A DNA stretch of 49,983 nt from Thermoprotei archaeon (lineage in GTDB: Archaea; Thermoproteota; Thermoprotei; Thermofilales; B69-G16): assembly GCA_003649235.1 (NCBI GenBank), contig QMRG01000002.1, forward strand, positions 1-49,983, read 5' to 3'. This document shows positions 27,601-37,461 of this stretch, piece by piece; position 1 is the first letter of the stretch; every line of letters begins with the position of its first letter. Under the pieces are notes generated by a model. The model did no database searches, was not told where the DNA came from, and saw only the letters and a list, made by a program, of their open reading frames with translations. The translations under genes and the position numbers were made by a program.

Positions 27601-28836
27601 TTACTCCTCTGACGCACGTCTAAATGCTTCAACTATGGTATTTACATTGGCATATGTTTTAAAACCCTTAGTGGAGAAATGAGTATGAGTAGTTTTGTAG
27701 CCCATCTCTCTCAGCGAATAAATAATAGAATTTAGTGTAGGCTCTTTCTCAAATCTATAGGTTTTTGCTATATAATCTGTAGTGTAAAAATATGGTGGCA
27801 TGCCGTGTTCATTTAACAACTTTTCTAGAATTTTAAAACCTTCTTTTTTCCTTCCAAAAAACTCCTCAAAAACTTCTACGGTTTTCTTTAAGAAAATGCT
27901 ATCACAGAGTTCTCCGAGCCATAATGGTCCTCCTATTTTGACTTTAGAATCACAATTTTTACACTTTTTTTCTAAAAGAAAACTATACTTTCCAATTTGA
28001 ACTTCTCCACATCTAGGGCAAAAAGTTATGTAACCCAACTTATCTAAGCTCTCATCAGCACGTTTCTTACCAGTACGAATTTTTAAAAATAACCTCATAT
28101 AATGTCCTCTTGAGTAAGATAAGAGAGGCACTACCCTTAACCCATATTTCGCTCCTGTTTTCACTACATAACCTATGAGAATTCTTAAGCCAATTTCTCG
28201 AGAAAAAACACACCTTATAGGAATAGCGCTATACTTACGTATACAAGCCCTTTGAAATATTCCCATTAATGGAGCCAAATCCGTAGCCGTTACACATAGC
28301 AATCCATTATTTTCTACTGCTCTGATCGCATTATCAAGAAACGGTACTGGGGATCCGAAAGGATCTATATCAACTACGTTGAACCTCCTGCCTCGATGAG
28401 CGAAATAAGCGAGTAAGACGTTAGCATCGGAATGAAAAGGCAGAGCTATATCTTTCAAATCGTTTTTCTCAATGTTAATCTTAATCAAATTATAGGCTAA
28501 TTTATTTATGTCATTTAATATTACATATTCTACATTTTCTACTTCTTTAGCGTATCTTAATCCTCTAATACCAGTTGCGCTTAGAGCATCGCATATTCTT
28601 AGCTTTTTACTGCCAGCTTTGCTGAAAGATTGAAGAAAAGCCACGCTTATGTTTCGGTCTACTTCCATTGCAGGATTATAGAATATTGGTGCCCAACACG
28701 GCTCTATCCTGTTTTTATCAGAATATAATTCGAGTTTAGGTCCTAAAATTGATACCTTACCTTCTTTAATTTCTTTGAGAGAAACGCTTAAAGGATCTCC
28801 TGGATTTTGTGCAGTGTCTGTTCGCTTAGGACACAT
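27601..28836 (-). CDS. trm1: tRNA (guanine26-N2)-dimethyltransferase Trm1
   Basis: FYNPAMEVDRNISV, DALSATGIRGLRYA, VDIDPFGSPVPFLD, and the Cys cluster CPRCG...CKNCDS. Confidence 0.9.
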   Translation of the reverse strand: MCPKRTDTAQNPGDPLSVSLKEIKEGKVSILGPKLELYSDKNRIEPCWAPIFYNPAMEVDRNISVAFLQSFSKAGSKKLRICDALSATGIRGLRYAKEVENVEYVILNDINKLAYNLIKINIEKNDLKDIALPFHSDANVLLAYFAHRGRRFNVVDIDPFGSPVPFLDNAIRAVENNGLLCVTATDLAPLMGIFQRACIRKYSAIPIRCVFSREIGLRILIGYVVKTGAKYGLRVVPLLSYSRGHYMRLFLKIRTGKKRADESLDKLGYITFCPRCGEVQIGKYSFLLEKKCKNCDSKVKIGGPLWLGELCDSIFLKKTVEVFEEFFGRKKEGFKILEKLLNEHGMPPYFYTTDYIAKTYRFEKEPTLNSIIYSLREMGYKTTHTHFSTKGFKTYANVNTIVEAFRRASEE

Positions 28837-29717
28837 ACTTTCTCATTCACTTCTTCAGCATTTTTCCCGTGTTTTTGCTTTACAATTAGAAATACGCATG
28901 CACTGACTAAGTCAGCTATTTCTGATAGTATGGAAAGCTCATATTCTCTTAAAGCTTTCCTAGTGTTTTTGGCTATAACCTTTTTCTCCTTTTTTTCCTT
29001 ACGTGCGGCCATGTCAAAGGGAGTTTTTCTAAAGATCCATATATCGAATCCAGCTTTAGAGAGAATGTCGTAGAGAAGAGAGAGAATATTATCACTAATT
29101 TTCTCTTTCTCCTTTGAAATATCCAGTCTTACCAGTTCAGAAAGTTTGGTTATTGGTTCTATTAGATCTGTGTCGAGGATCTCCTCTAGTTTTAATGCTA
29201 CATCTAAAGAAGCATCCATGTTTCCTCTCTCATATTCATAAATTGCCTTTCTAGACACTCCGACTTTTTGAGCTAATTCTCCTAAAGATAAACCCCTTTC
29301 ACGTCTTGCCATTCTCAGCTTTTCAGAATTTATCTTTGCGTAAAGTCCTCCCTTGTCTGCATATATCAATGGAAAGTTCTTTTCTTCGAGAAAAAGTCTT
29401 AAAGTTTCCTCATCTACGACAAATACTCCATACTTTCTATAAAAAATACCACTTTCTAATTCCTTCTTACCTATCTTAGAACTAACGAGTAAAGGCATGC
29501 CTTCTATCATAACTGCTAGTTTTTTCATATCTTGAATCGCCTGTCTACTACATTGATTCACATCTTCAGAAACCCTTATTACTAGATGTTTACCTTCATC
29601 TTTTCTGCCAGCTATAAAATCGAAACAATAATCTCCACTACCATAATCAGATACTATTCTATACTCACTTTTTCTAAGCAGTTTAGCTACATCGTACTTT
29701 TTCTCGGTTGGATCCAT
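28788..29717 (-). CDS. putative HTH-type transcriptional regulator (COG1395-like, central XRE HTH)
   Basis: The central LRMARRERGLSLGELAQKVGVSRKAIYEYERG is a classic XRE HTH. The roughly 310-aa three-part architecture is typical of this archaeal family. Confidence 0.75.
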   Translation of the reverse strand: MDPTEKKYDVAKLLRKSEYRIVSDYGSGDYCFDFIAGRKDEGKHLVIRVSEDVNQCSRQAIQDMKKLAVMIEGMPLLVSSKIGKKELESGIFYRKYGVFVVDEETLRLFLEEKNFPLIYADKGGLYAKINSEKLRMARRERGLSLGELAQKVGVSRKAIYEYERGNMDASLDVALKLEEILDTDLIEPITKLSELVRLDISKEKEKISDNILSLLYDILSKAGFDIWIFRKTPFDMAARKEKKEKKVIAKNTRKALREYELSILSEIADLVSACVFLIVKQKHGKNAEEVNEKVCVLSEQTLHKIQEIL

Positions 29718-29766
29718 AGCGCTATAATATATTTAGTTACTGTTTCTTATAAGGCTATCACAGGTT

Positions 29767-30480
29767 TTACTTTTTACGAGCCAATACAAAAGCATGTGCT
29801 GTATCGTAAGGTTCTAAGTGAACCACATCTACGATTTCATAACCCCTTTCCTCTAAGTGATTTATCTCTAGCCTATAAGTCTCAGAAGGCTCTCTAGTCA
29901 CGTCGATACTCATAGCTTTTATGGCTTGTAAAATCCATCCTCCAGTTTTAAGATAGATATCTGCATTGTCGGCCACTATCTTGCTCTGGAAGGGTTGAGC
30001 TATATCCGCATACACCACATCCACCAAGTCTACGAACATCCTATATCGAGTAGGGAATCTCGCATCAGCGAGGATTGGTATTAGGTTTTTCCTGTGCAGG
30101 GCACATTTCTCTATGAATTCCCTCATAACCCTCGGTGAAAATTCGACACTATAAACTATCCCCTTTTCACCTACTATATCGGAAACATGGCTAGGTGTAG
30201 TGCCAGAAGCCGCTCCAAGATATAGAACCTTCGTTTCCTCCCTTAATGGAACCATTTTTAGTCCCTTATATATAGCTGCGGCCAGCTTACTTCTATATGG
30301 GTTCCAAACTCTATATTCTTTCCCACCGAGCCGAATTAACTGTTCCCCATATACTTTAATACCTGGAGCTAGATTTAAAGTCGCAATTTTTCTACTTCCA
30401 TCTTCAAATTCAACCCAATAAATTCCGTAGAATTTCTCATGAGAAGTTACTCTTACAGGTCTTATCATTGTATTTCTCAC
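29767..30480 (-). CDS. flpA: fibrillarin-like rRNA/tRNA 2'-O-methyltransferase
   Basis: [19 protein letters not shown] and [10 protein letters not shown]. 4-nt overlap with nop5. Confidence 0.95.
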   Translation of the reverse strand: MRNTMIRPVRVTSHEKFYGIYWVEFEDGSRKIATLNLAPGIKVYGEQLIRLGGKEYRVWNPYRSKLAAAIYKGLKMVPLREETKVLYLGAASGTTPSHVSDIVGEKGIVYSVEFSPRVMREFIEKCALHRKNLIPILADARFPTRYRMFVDLVDVVYADIAQPFQSKIVADNADIYLKTGGWILQAIKAMSIDVTREPSETYRLEINHLEERGYEIVDVVHLEPYDTAHAFVLARKK

Positions 30481-31697
30481 CTCCTACCTTTTTTCCTCTT
30501 TTTCTTTCTCCTTTTAGGTTTACTAGGAGGAGTCTTTCTAACCGGAGGTTTAGCATAGAGAGTTTTTATTTCTTTAATCCTCTTTTCTAGCTCTTCCTTA
30601 AGCTCTTCTGCCTTATACTCACCTGTAAAAGCGTCTATTCTAGCCGCTATCGCTAGTTTAGCTGCCAATGCACGTGCAATTTTACCTCTCTGCCAGCGGG
30701 GGGCGCGATGTATTTCAGGGTGTTGAAATATGACTCCGTGTTTGGGGGGCTTTCCTCCCGTTCTGAGAGCCCTAAATAATGCTTTTTCAGCTCCTAGTAC
30801 CTGTATGGTACTAGCAGGTAGTATGGCTAGTTTAGATAAACCTCCAGCTAACGCTATTAGTCTAGCACCGAGTAGAGGCCCTACTAATCCTCTGATGTTG
30901 GGTGCAACCTCTTTCATGGCTTCATCTATGTACTCCTGAAGAGAAGTTCTTAAATCGTACAAATCTAAAGTTATTTTAGCAAGATTTTTCATAGCTTGAA
31001 GATCAAACTCTGTAATATTGGCCCCCATGCTCGTTTTTGCCGCATTAACCAATTTCGTCAAAACTTCCTCTGGAAGATCATAATCTTTTAAATTTTCCTT
31101 AGTATAGTTCGATCTTTCGCCTATTTCATAAACTAGCCTAACGTAGTCTTTATGATCTCTGACTATATCATCCATTTCAGGGAAGTGAAGTCCATACCAT
31201 TCTCTAACGCGAGAAGCGAATAAGTTTATGGTTTTAGTGACTTCATCCATGGCAGAAATCGCTTGTGCTATAAAGAGATCTCTTTTCTCAGCGGCTTCGC
31301 GGACCTTCATCTTAGTAAGTTCAAGCGCTATTTGATGGAAAAGGTCTCTATATTTCTCCTCAGTCACGCCTATTTTTGACAGATAATTATCAATTTTGCT
31401 TCTAAATAGCAATACTACGTTATTCCCCGGTTTTACCTGTATATGTAGAGTTTTATCCCAAGCCGCTAAGTTCCTGCCTAGCTCTTCATCTTCCACTACT
31501 ATTTCGGTAAATCCCTTCCCTTTTAATTCATTTATCAAGCTGGTCAACTCGTCAATAATTCTCCCACGTTCTAATTCCGCAAGTTTTTCAGCAATTTCAG
31601 GTGCTTCTCCATCGAACCGTTTGACCGCTAGAATTGCTCCTTGTTCATCTAACGCCAATATCCCTAATATGCTTTCAACCACATATGCTTTCATCAT
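30477..31697 (-). CDS. nop5: C/D box sRNP scaffold protein Nop5 (Nop56/58)
   Basis: NOP domain [27 protein letters not shown], plus a C-terminal KKKRKK tail. Confidence 0.93.
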   Translation of the reverse strand: MMKAYVVESILGILALDEQGAILAVKRFDGEAPEIAEKLAELERGRIIDELTSLINELKGKGFTEIVVEDEELGRNLAAWDKTLHIQVKPGNNVVLLFRSKIDNYLSKIGVTEEKYRDLFHQIALELTKMKVREAAEKRDLFIAQAISAMDEVTKTINLFASRVREWYGLHFPEMDDIVRDHKDYVRLVYEIGERSNYTKENLKDYDLPEEVLTKLVNAAKTSMGANITEFDLQAMKNLAKITLDLYDLRTSLQEYIDEAMKEVAPNIRGLVGPLLGARLIALAGGLSKLAILPASTIQVLGAEKALFRALRTGGKPPKHGVIFQHPEIHRAPRWQRGKIARALAAKLAIAARIDAFTGEYKAEELKEELEKRIKEIKTLYAKPPVRKTPPSKPKRRKKKRKKGRR

Positions 31698-31824
31698 GAT
31701 TCATCCTCTTATATTTCAGCTAGATATATAGGTAGTCACATGTTATTTTATATTTTGCCGAAGACGATAACCTAATATTTATGTTTTGAAACAAAACTAA
31801 GGAGTTCGTTCGAAGGGAGTAAGT

Positions 31825-32217
31825 ATGGGAGTGTATCACGGAAACGATCTTAGAAAAATAACCGGCGGTAAGAAGAGGCCTCATAGAAAGGTAAAACTAA
31901 AAGCTCATATGGGAAGATACCCAACGGAGACCATTCTAGGAGAAAAACCATTAATAAAAATCATAAGGACTAAAGGCGGTGGGTTGAAAATCAGGTTAAA
32001 GAAAGCAACAACGGCTAACGTAGTCATACCCTCTCAGAAAATTACGAAGAAAGTTCCTATTATCAGAGTAGTAAGTAATCCTGCGAGCAGAGATTATACA
32101 CGAAGAGGAATTATAACTAAAGGAGCAATTATAGAAACTGAGCTAGGTCTAGCAAGAGTAGTGTCTAGACCAGGACAAGATGGCGTTATTAATGCTATTC
32201 TTTTAGAGGAAGAATAG
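31825..32217 (+). CDS. rps8e: 30S ribosomal protein S8e
   Basis: MGVYHGNDLRKITGGKKRPHRK... Confidence 0.93.
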   Translation: MGVYHGNDLRKITGGKKRPHRKVKLKAHMGRYPTETILGEKPLIKIIRTKGGGLKIRLKKATTANVVIPSQKITKKVPIIRVVSNPASRDYTRRGIITKGAIIETELGLARVVSRPGQDGVINAILLEEE

Positions 32218-32221
32218 GAAA

Positions 32222-32512
32222 ATGAAACGAGCGGAAAGAAGATTTGTAGTGTTATGGCCAATTTATTTTGACAGAGGCAAGAGTAGAAGCGAAGGAAGAA
32301 AAGTTGCAAAAAGCCTTGCAATAGAAAGACCCTCTCTTAAAGATTTAGAAGAAGCTGTGAAGAGTTTAAAATATGAATATCTTATCGAGGAAGATAAAAA
32401 ACATCCTGCTTCATGGTTCGAGCATCAAGGGAGATTACTTGTTTATACAGAAGAGAAGAAAAGCAAAGTTATTAAAAAGATAGCTGAAAAACTAGTTTTA
32501 CTTAGAAAATAA
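32222..32512 (+). CDS. srp19: signal recognition particle protein SRP19
   Basis: VVLWPIYFDRGKSRSEGRKV. Confidence 0.88.
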   Translation: MKRAERRFVVLWPIYFDRGKSRSEGRKVAKSLAIERPSLKDLEEAVKSLKYEYLIEEDKKHPASWFEHQGRLLVYTEEKKSKVIKKIAEKLVLLRK

Positions 32513-34447
32513 CCTGGTTAGTTTAGCGTTAAGTTTCTTTCTCACAATCTCATTAACTATTTTACCGTCAATTCTACCTCTTACTATTTTCATTACATCT
32601 CCCATTATGGCTCCAAAAGCTCTTTCTTTCTTTTTAATTAATAATTCTTTGTTCTTTTCCAATACTTCGTCGATTATATTCTCTAACTCGTCTTTACTTA
32701 TAGCTCTTAAGCCAAGTTTGTCAACTACTTTGTTTAAATCTTCATCCGGATTCTCAGATATATACTGAAGAATATCTGGTATCGCTTCCTTAGCTATAAT
32801 CCCATTTTTCAATAACTTGAAAACTTCTATTATTTTTTCATCTGTAATATTTTCGACTGGAAATCCATCTCGTTTTAAGCTTTTTAGGACACTCTCGAGA
32901 GTATTTGCAACTATAGTCGCTGAGACCCCTAGTTCTTCGACGATATATTCAAAGAGATCTAAATGGTAAGAGTTAAGCATTCGCTTAGCCAGTGCTTCAT
33001 TAAGACCATAAATATTGATAAATTTGCTTAATTTCTTTTCAGGCATTTCAGGAAGATTATTCCTTATCTTCTCGATTAAGTCAGGCGAAACTCTTATCGG
33101 CCTTATATCCGTCTCCGGGTACATTCTGGCTTTTCCAGGCATCGGTCTAGAGTATCTAGTAGTTCCGTTTGGATTAGCTGCTCTAGTTTCATTAGGAACT
33201 CCAATTAGAGCTTCACGAGCTCTTTCCACTACGGCTTTTAGCGCAGCTATGCATTTGTTTTTTTCATCTGCTACTAAAACAAAGGCGTCTAACTCTTTAC
33301 ATTTAAGGATTTTTTCTATCGCTTTTATTTCACGATCGCCGATACCGTATTTTGGAAGTTCATCGCTGTGAATAATACCTCCTACTCCGCCCCAAAATTG
33401 AGCACGTTCTGAAAACTCGGTACCCAATCTTCTACCTGGTTGGATTTCTATCCCTATAAGTCCTTTAAACTTAGGAAGTTTTACAGCATAAACTCTACCT
33501 CCTCTGCTTAGCGTTTTCTTCACGATCTTGGAATCAGAGTTTTTCAACACTTCAGTGATATCTACAAACTCTTCTTTAATATCCTCAATCTTTAAACCTC
33601 TTTTTTTAAGCTCGTCTTTTATCTTAAGTAAAGTTGTTTGACGTATTACCTCATTTTCGATAACCTTTTTTATAAGCTCGATTTTCTGAATACCTTTAAT
33701 TTCTACTCTTGCCCCTCCTTCGATTGAAATGTTCAGGTCTTGTCTTATAGTTCCTAAGCCGCGTTTTACCCTACCTGTTATACGTAATAATTGTCCTATC
33801 TTTAAAGCAACCTTCTCAGCTTCCTCAGGCGAGCTTATATTAGGCGCTGTTGCTATTTCGATTAAAGGTATCCCAAGCCTATCTAATCTATAGATTACCT
33901 CCTTAGCCTTTCGATCTTCTCTTATCTTACGCGCAGCATCCTCTTCCAGGCAAATAGTCTGAATTGGAATCACTTTACCGTCCACGCTTATGTAGCCTCC
34001 TAATGCTATTAACGCGGTTCTTTGGAACCCCGTCGTATTAGACCCATCTATGACTATCTTACGCATAACGAATATCTCATCTACAGGCCTTGAATTAAGC
34101 ATGAGAGCTATCATTAACGCTATCTCAAGAGCCTCGGGATTAAGATCGTGAGGAGGCTCTTCATCCATCTCTACCAAACAAGTAGTGTCGCTATATGCCT
34201 CATAGATGTAGGTTAAACCTTTTTTAAATTCAAAAAGTGCTGCTGGATCGACTTCTCCAAGCTCGCTTCTCGTAGGTCTTAGCCTCCGCTTAAATATTAT
34301 ATCTGGCTTGTCCTTACGTAAGAGAGTAGGACAGTTACAGAATAGTTTGCTTTTTGTATCTAACATTTGGTGAAATTCTATTCCACATTTCATCTTAACG
34401 TTACTAGCTGGTCTCATAAAAGAACACCTTTGGATAATAGTTCGCAT
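32498..34447 (-). CDS. gatE: Glu-tRNA(Gln) amidotransferase subunit E
   Basis: MKCGIEFHQML...LFCNCP, GSNTTGFQRT, a YqeY-like C-terminus, and a position downstream of gatD. The true start is probably ATG 34417 or 34393, not 34447. Confidence 0.93.
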   Translation of the reverse strand: MRTIIQRCSFMRPASNVKMKCGIEFHQMLDTKSKLFCNCPTLLRKDKPDIIFKRRLRPTRSELGEVDPAALFEFKKGLTYIYEAYSDTTCLVEMDEEPPHDLNPEALEIALMIALMLNSRPVDEIFVMRKIVIDGSNTTGFQRTALIALGGYISVDGKVIPIQTICLEEDAARKIREDRKAKEVIYRLDRLGIPLIEIATAPNISSPEEAEKVALKIGQLLRITGRVKRGLGTIRQDLNISIEGGARVEIKGIQKIELIKKVIENEVIRQTTLLKIKDELKKRGLKIEDIKEEFVDITEVLKNSDSKIVKKTLSRGGRVYAVKLPKFKGLIGIEIQPGRRLGTEFSERAQFWGGVGGIIHSDELPKYGIGDREIKAIEKILKCKELDAFVLVADEKNKCIAALKAVVERAREALIGVPNETRAANPNGTTRYSRPMPGKARMYPETDIRPIRVSPDLIEKIRNNLPEMPEKKLSKFINIYGLNEALAKRMLNSYHLDLFEYIVEELGVSATIVANTLESVLKSLKRDGFPVENITDEKIIEVFKLLKNGIIAKEAIPDILQYISENPDEDLNKVVDKLGLRAISKDELENIIDEVLEKNKELLIKKKERAFGAIMGDVMKIVRGRIDGKIVNEIVRKKLNAKLTRLFSK

Positions 34448-35756
34448 TAGAATGAGGATTTATTTCTCCCGCAATATTAGTTAACATAATTCGTTTAATC
34501 TCTTCTACATCATCGGTTTTAGCGAGCGCCCAACTCAATTTTACAAATGCAGTCTCAGGAAGCATATCCTCTCCAGGAATAACCCCTGCTTTCAATAGCT
34601 CTACACCAGTGCTATAGACGTTCATATTTATCCTACCCCAGATACATTGAGAGGTCATAACGAAAACCACTCCATCTTTTACTGCTCTGGAAATCACAGG
34701 TATTAACTCATTTCTTACATGTCCTAAGCCAGTTCCCTCTAAGACTACTCCCCTATACCCAGCATCGACAATTGCTTCTATAATGTCTTCCGCCATTCCA
34801 GGATAAAACTTTAAGAGAACAACCTTATCAGAGAATTTATTATCCAATACGGGCTCGCGTTCTGGATTTCTCGGGATGTAGGATTTAGTTAGCATCTTTA
34901 TTTTTGTCCGCTGTATAAGCGCCAAAGGAGTATCGTTGATGGATCTAAATGCATCTCTTCGACTAGTATGGCATTTTCTTACTTTCGTACCACGATGAGC
35001 TAAACAGTATTCATCGCTCATGCTTCCATGCATCACTACTACTACCTCTGCAAATGGAGCATAAGCTGCGGCAGATACCGCTGCGATTACATTTTCTATG
35101 GTATCGGTTGATGGTCTATCAGATGATCGTTGAGCACCAACCAGTACAACTGGTCCTGGGATATTTCTGACTGCGAAACTTAACGCAGCGGCGGTATAAC
35201 CCATAGTATCTGTTCCGTGAGCTATAACTATGCCTGAATACTCGCCGTCTTTAAAACCTCTGTATACATGTTCTGCTATGGTAGACCAACGGGCAGGCGT
35301 CATGTCTTCGCTAAATATAGTAAATATTGTCTTGGCATCTACAAAGGCTATCTCAGTTAGCTCTGATATCATAGAATATATTTCTTCGGCAGTAAAGAAA
35401 GAATACACTGCTCCCGTTCTATAATCTATTCTCGAAGCTATCGTTCCTCCCGTACCTAGCATTAAGACTTTGGGCAGCTCTTCCGAAATATAGGGTTTAA
35501 CTACTTCCGCCAACTTAGGTTTAGGTAATTTTTTTAATAATTCTATTGTTGTCTTCTCATCAATTTTAATACCAACATTGTAACCGTTGTCCAGTTTTAA
35601 AACTATAGAATCCGGGTCTCCATACCTAGGCCTTGGCAATATTACACCTTCATATATCCTCCCGTCGCTAAGAATTATTCGTACATAGTCGAAAACTTCT
35701 ACGTTACTATTCTTCATTAGCTGGAGAACTTTGCTAGAATATCCATACTTCTCCAT
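34404..35756 (-). CDS. gatD: Glu-tRNA(Gln) amidotransferase subunit D (asparaginase-like)
   Basis: GTGGTIASRIDYRTGAV, HGTDTMGYTAAALSF. Confidence 0.93.
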   Translation of the reverse strand: MEKYGYSSKVLQLMKNSNVEVFDYVRIILSDGRIYEGVILPRPRYGDPDSIVLKLDNGYNVGIKIDEKTTIELLKKLPKPKLAEVVKPYISEELPKVLMLGTGGTIASRIDYRTGAVYSFFTAEEIYSMISELTEIAFVDAKTIFTIFSEDMTPARWSTIAEHVYRGFKDGEYSGIVIAHGTDTMGYTAAALSFAVRNIPGPVVLVGAQRSSDRPSTDTIENVIAAVSAAAYAPFAEVVVVMHGSMSDEYCLAHRGTKVRKCHTSRRDAFRSINDTPLALIQRTKIKMLTKSYIPRNPEREPVLDNKFSDKVVLLKFYPGMAEDIIEAIVDAGYRGVVLEGTGLGHVRNELIPVISRAVKDGVVFVMTSQCIWGRINMNVYSTGVELLKAGVIPGEDMLPETAFVKLSWALAKTDDVEEIKRIMLTNIAGEINPHSNANYYPKVFFYETS

Positions 35757-35824
35757 TTTAGATCAAGAAATATTACACATAGTAGAATTAAAATATAGTG
35801 TGTACTGTACAGTTGAAGATTTAC

Positions 35825-35983
35825 TTACCTGAAACGTGTAGTTGTAGCGGCGTAAAGTATGCGTCTTTTATAGTTTCTCCTATTTCTACGCCTAGGGTGT
35901 AAGTTCTTTTTGGGTTGCTTAGGAATCTTGGGAGTTGCTGCTCTTACTTTTCCTGCTTTTGTTAATGAGCCATGGGAAGGCAT
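35825..35983 (-). CDS. rps30e: 30S ribosomal protein S30e
   Basis: MPSHGSLTKAGKVRAATPKIPKQPKK... I chose the start at ATG 35983, preceded by GGTGATAAT, rather than the track start at 36016. Confidence 0.88.
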   Translation of the reverse strand: MPSHGSLTKAGKVRAATPKIPKQPKKNLHPRRRNRRNYKRRILYAATTTRFR

Positions 35984-36030
35984 ATTATCACCTTGGATTA
36001 ACCAGTATAAATCCACTATATTAAGTTTCC

Positions 36031-36053
36031 CTATTTTAAACTATTTAAAATAG
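36031..36053. repeat. perfect 10-bp inverted repeat CTATTTTAAA-cta-TTTAAAATAG in the rps30e/gar1 divergent intergenic region
   Basis: Read directly from the sequence. Each arm reads TTTAAAATAG on its own strand, which is TATA-box-like. It lies about 50 nt upstream of the rps30e start. Confidence 0.85.
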
Positions 36054-36230
36054 AGATATTCAAGATACGACCTCTTTATTTTCATTAAAAAACTAATATT
36101 CTTGCCTAAAACGATAATATTTTGAAAAAAGTACCATTTAAAGCGTCTTTTCATGAATTTATGTTTTAGAAAAATACTTTAATCACGGATACGTAATGAT
36201 AGACGCTTCGTCTTTAATAGGGGATCTAAT

Positions 36231-36494
36231 TTGAAACCTTTGGGTAAAGTCTTACATATTTCAAAAAGTAGAAAGATCATATTAAAAACGCTAGGCCATC
36301 CTCCGCCTATAAATACTGAAGTTTATGATGAAAAGTTTAACATAGTAGGAATAGTGTATGATATCATGGGTCCTGTATCCTCGCCTTATGTCTCAATTCT
36401 TGTTGAAAAAACCGGTGTGAATCCAGAGGCATTAATTGGTAAGACTCTCTATATAAAAGAAAGGAGGCTTAGAAAACGTGGAAAACGGAGATGA
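36231..36494 (+). CDS. gar1: H/ACA RNP protein Gar1
   Basis: LGKVLHISKSRKIILK...EVYDEKFNIVGIVYDIMGPVSSPYVSI. TTG start. The gar1-tfb adjacency is conserved. Confidence 0.8.
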   Translation: MKPLGKVLHISKSRKIILKTLGHPPPINTEVYDEKFNIVGIVYDIMGPVSSPYVSILVEKTGVNPEALIGKTLYIKERRLRKRGKRR

Positions 36495-37350
36495 ATTTAA
36501 ATGTCCCATCTGTGGGAGTAACAAAATAATCTATGACCAGGTAACTAGAGAATATGTATGTTCTGAATGCGGCTATGTGGTTGAAGATCGAGAAATAGAT
36601 TATAGATATGAAAAACGTATACACTCCGCAGAGGATTGGCTAAAATCGAGAATAGGCCCAAAACAAGTACCCTATGAAGACCTAACACCAACTGATATTG
36701 GTTTTTCCTCTAAAGAGAAAAGAAGAAAGAGTCGAAGAATAAGAAGTACGCATAAGAGAATTGTAGAAAGCAAAGATAGGAATTTTAGAAAAGCTAAGAG
36801 AGAAATTATAAGATTATGCAATATTCTCGGGATTAACTCTGTATGTACTGATGCTATATTATATTATAAGAAAGCTTCTTCCAAAAAACTTGTGAGAGGT
36901 AGATCTATCGAAGGAATGGCTACTGCCTGTGTTTATGCGGCGTGCAAGGCGAGAAGACTAGGTATATCGTTAAATGTTCTAGAAAAAGTATCAAAAGTTA
37001 GCAGACGTCTAATAGCAAGGAATTATAGATTACTGATAGAACATGGCATTGTCCACCAAGGTGGGACGGATGTATTCAACTTCGTTACGCGAATAGCTGC
37101 TCATTTGAAGCTTTCAACTGATACTATAAGGCTAGTAGGAAAAATTCTAAAAAAATCTCGAGAAAAGCGGATAGGTATCGGAGCTCGCCCAGAGGGGCTT
37201 GTCGCGGCTTCCATATATATATCTTCGATTATAATGAACTCTCCTCGTACCCAACGTGAAATAGCTAAAGCTGCTAATATAACAGAAGTTACATTACGCA
37301 ATCGTTATAAAGAAATTATGGAAAAAACAAATATCACTGTTTATATATAG
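36478..37350 (+). CDS. tfb: transcription initiation factor TFB (TFIIB homolog) with a divergent B-reader region
   Basis: Zn ribbon CPICGS...CSECGYV and two cyclin folds (LVRGRSIEGMATACVYAACK; RPEGLVAASIYISS; TEVTLRNRYKEI). GTG start. It overlaps gar1 by 17 nt. Confidence 0.92.
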   Translation: MENGDEFKCPICGSNKIIYDQVTREYVCSECGYVVEDREIDYRYEKRIHSAEDWLKSRIGPKQVPYEDLTPTDIGFSSKEKRRKSRRIRSTHKRIVESKDRNFRKAKREIIRLCNILGINSVCTDAILYYKKASSKKLVRGRSIEGMATACVYAACKARRLGISLNVLEKVSKVSRRLIARNYRLLIEHGIVHQGGTDVFNFVTRIAAHLKLSTDTIRLVGKILKKSREKRIGIGARPEGLVAASIYISSIIMNSPRTQREIAKAANITEVTLRNRYKEIMEKTNITVYI

Positions 37351-37461
37351 TTATAACAAAATTGAGAGAGCATTTCATTTTAAACAGAGGCTTTTATATT
37401 CCAGCATATTCAATAATAATACATAGTAGCGGGAACGTACAACGCTGAAGGTGATAGTTAT

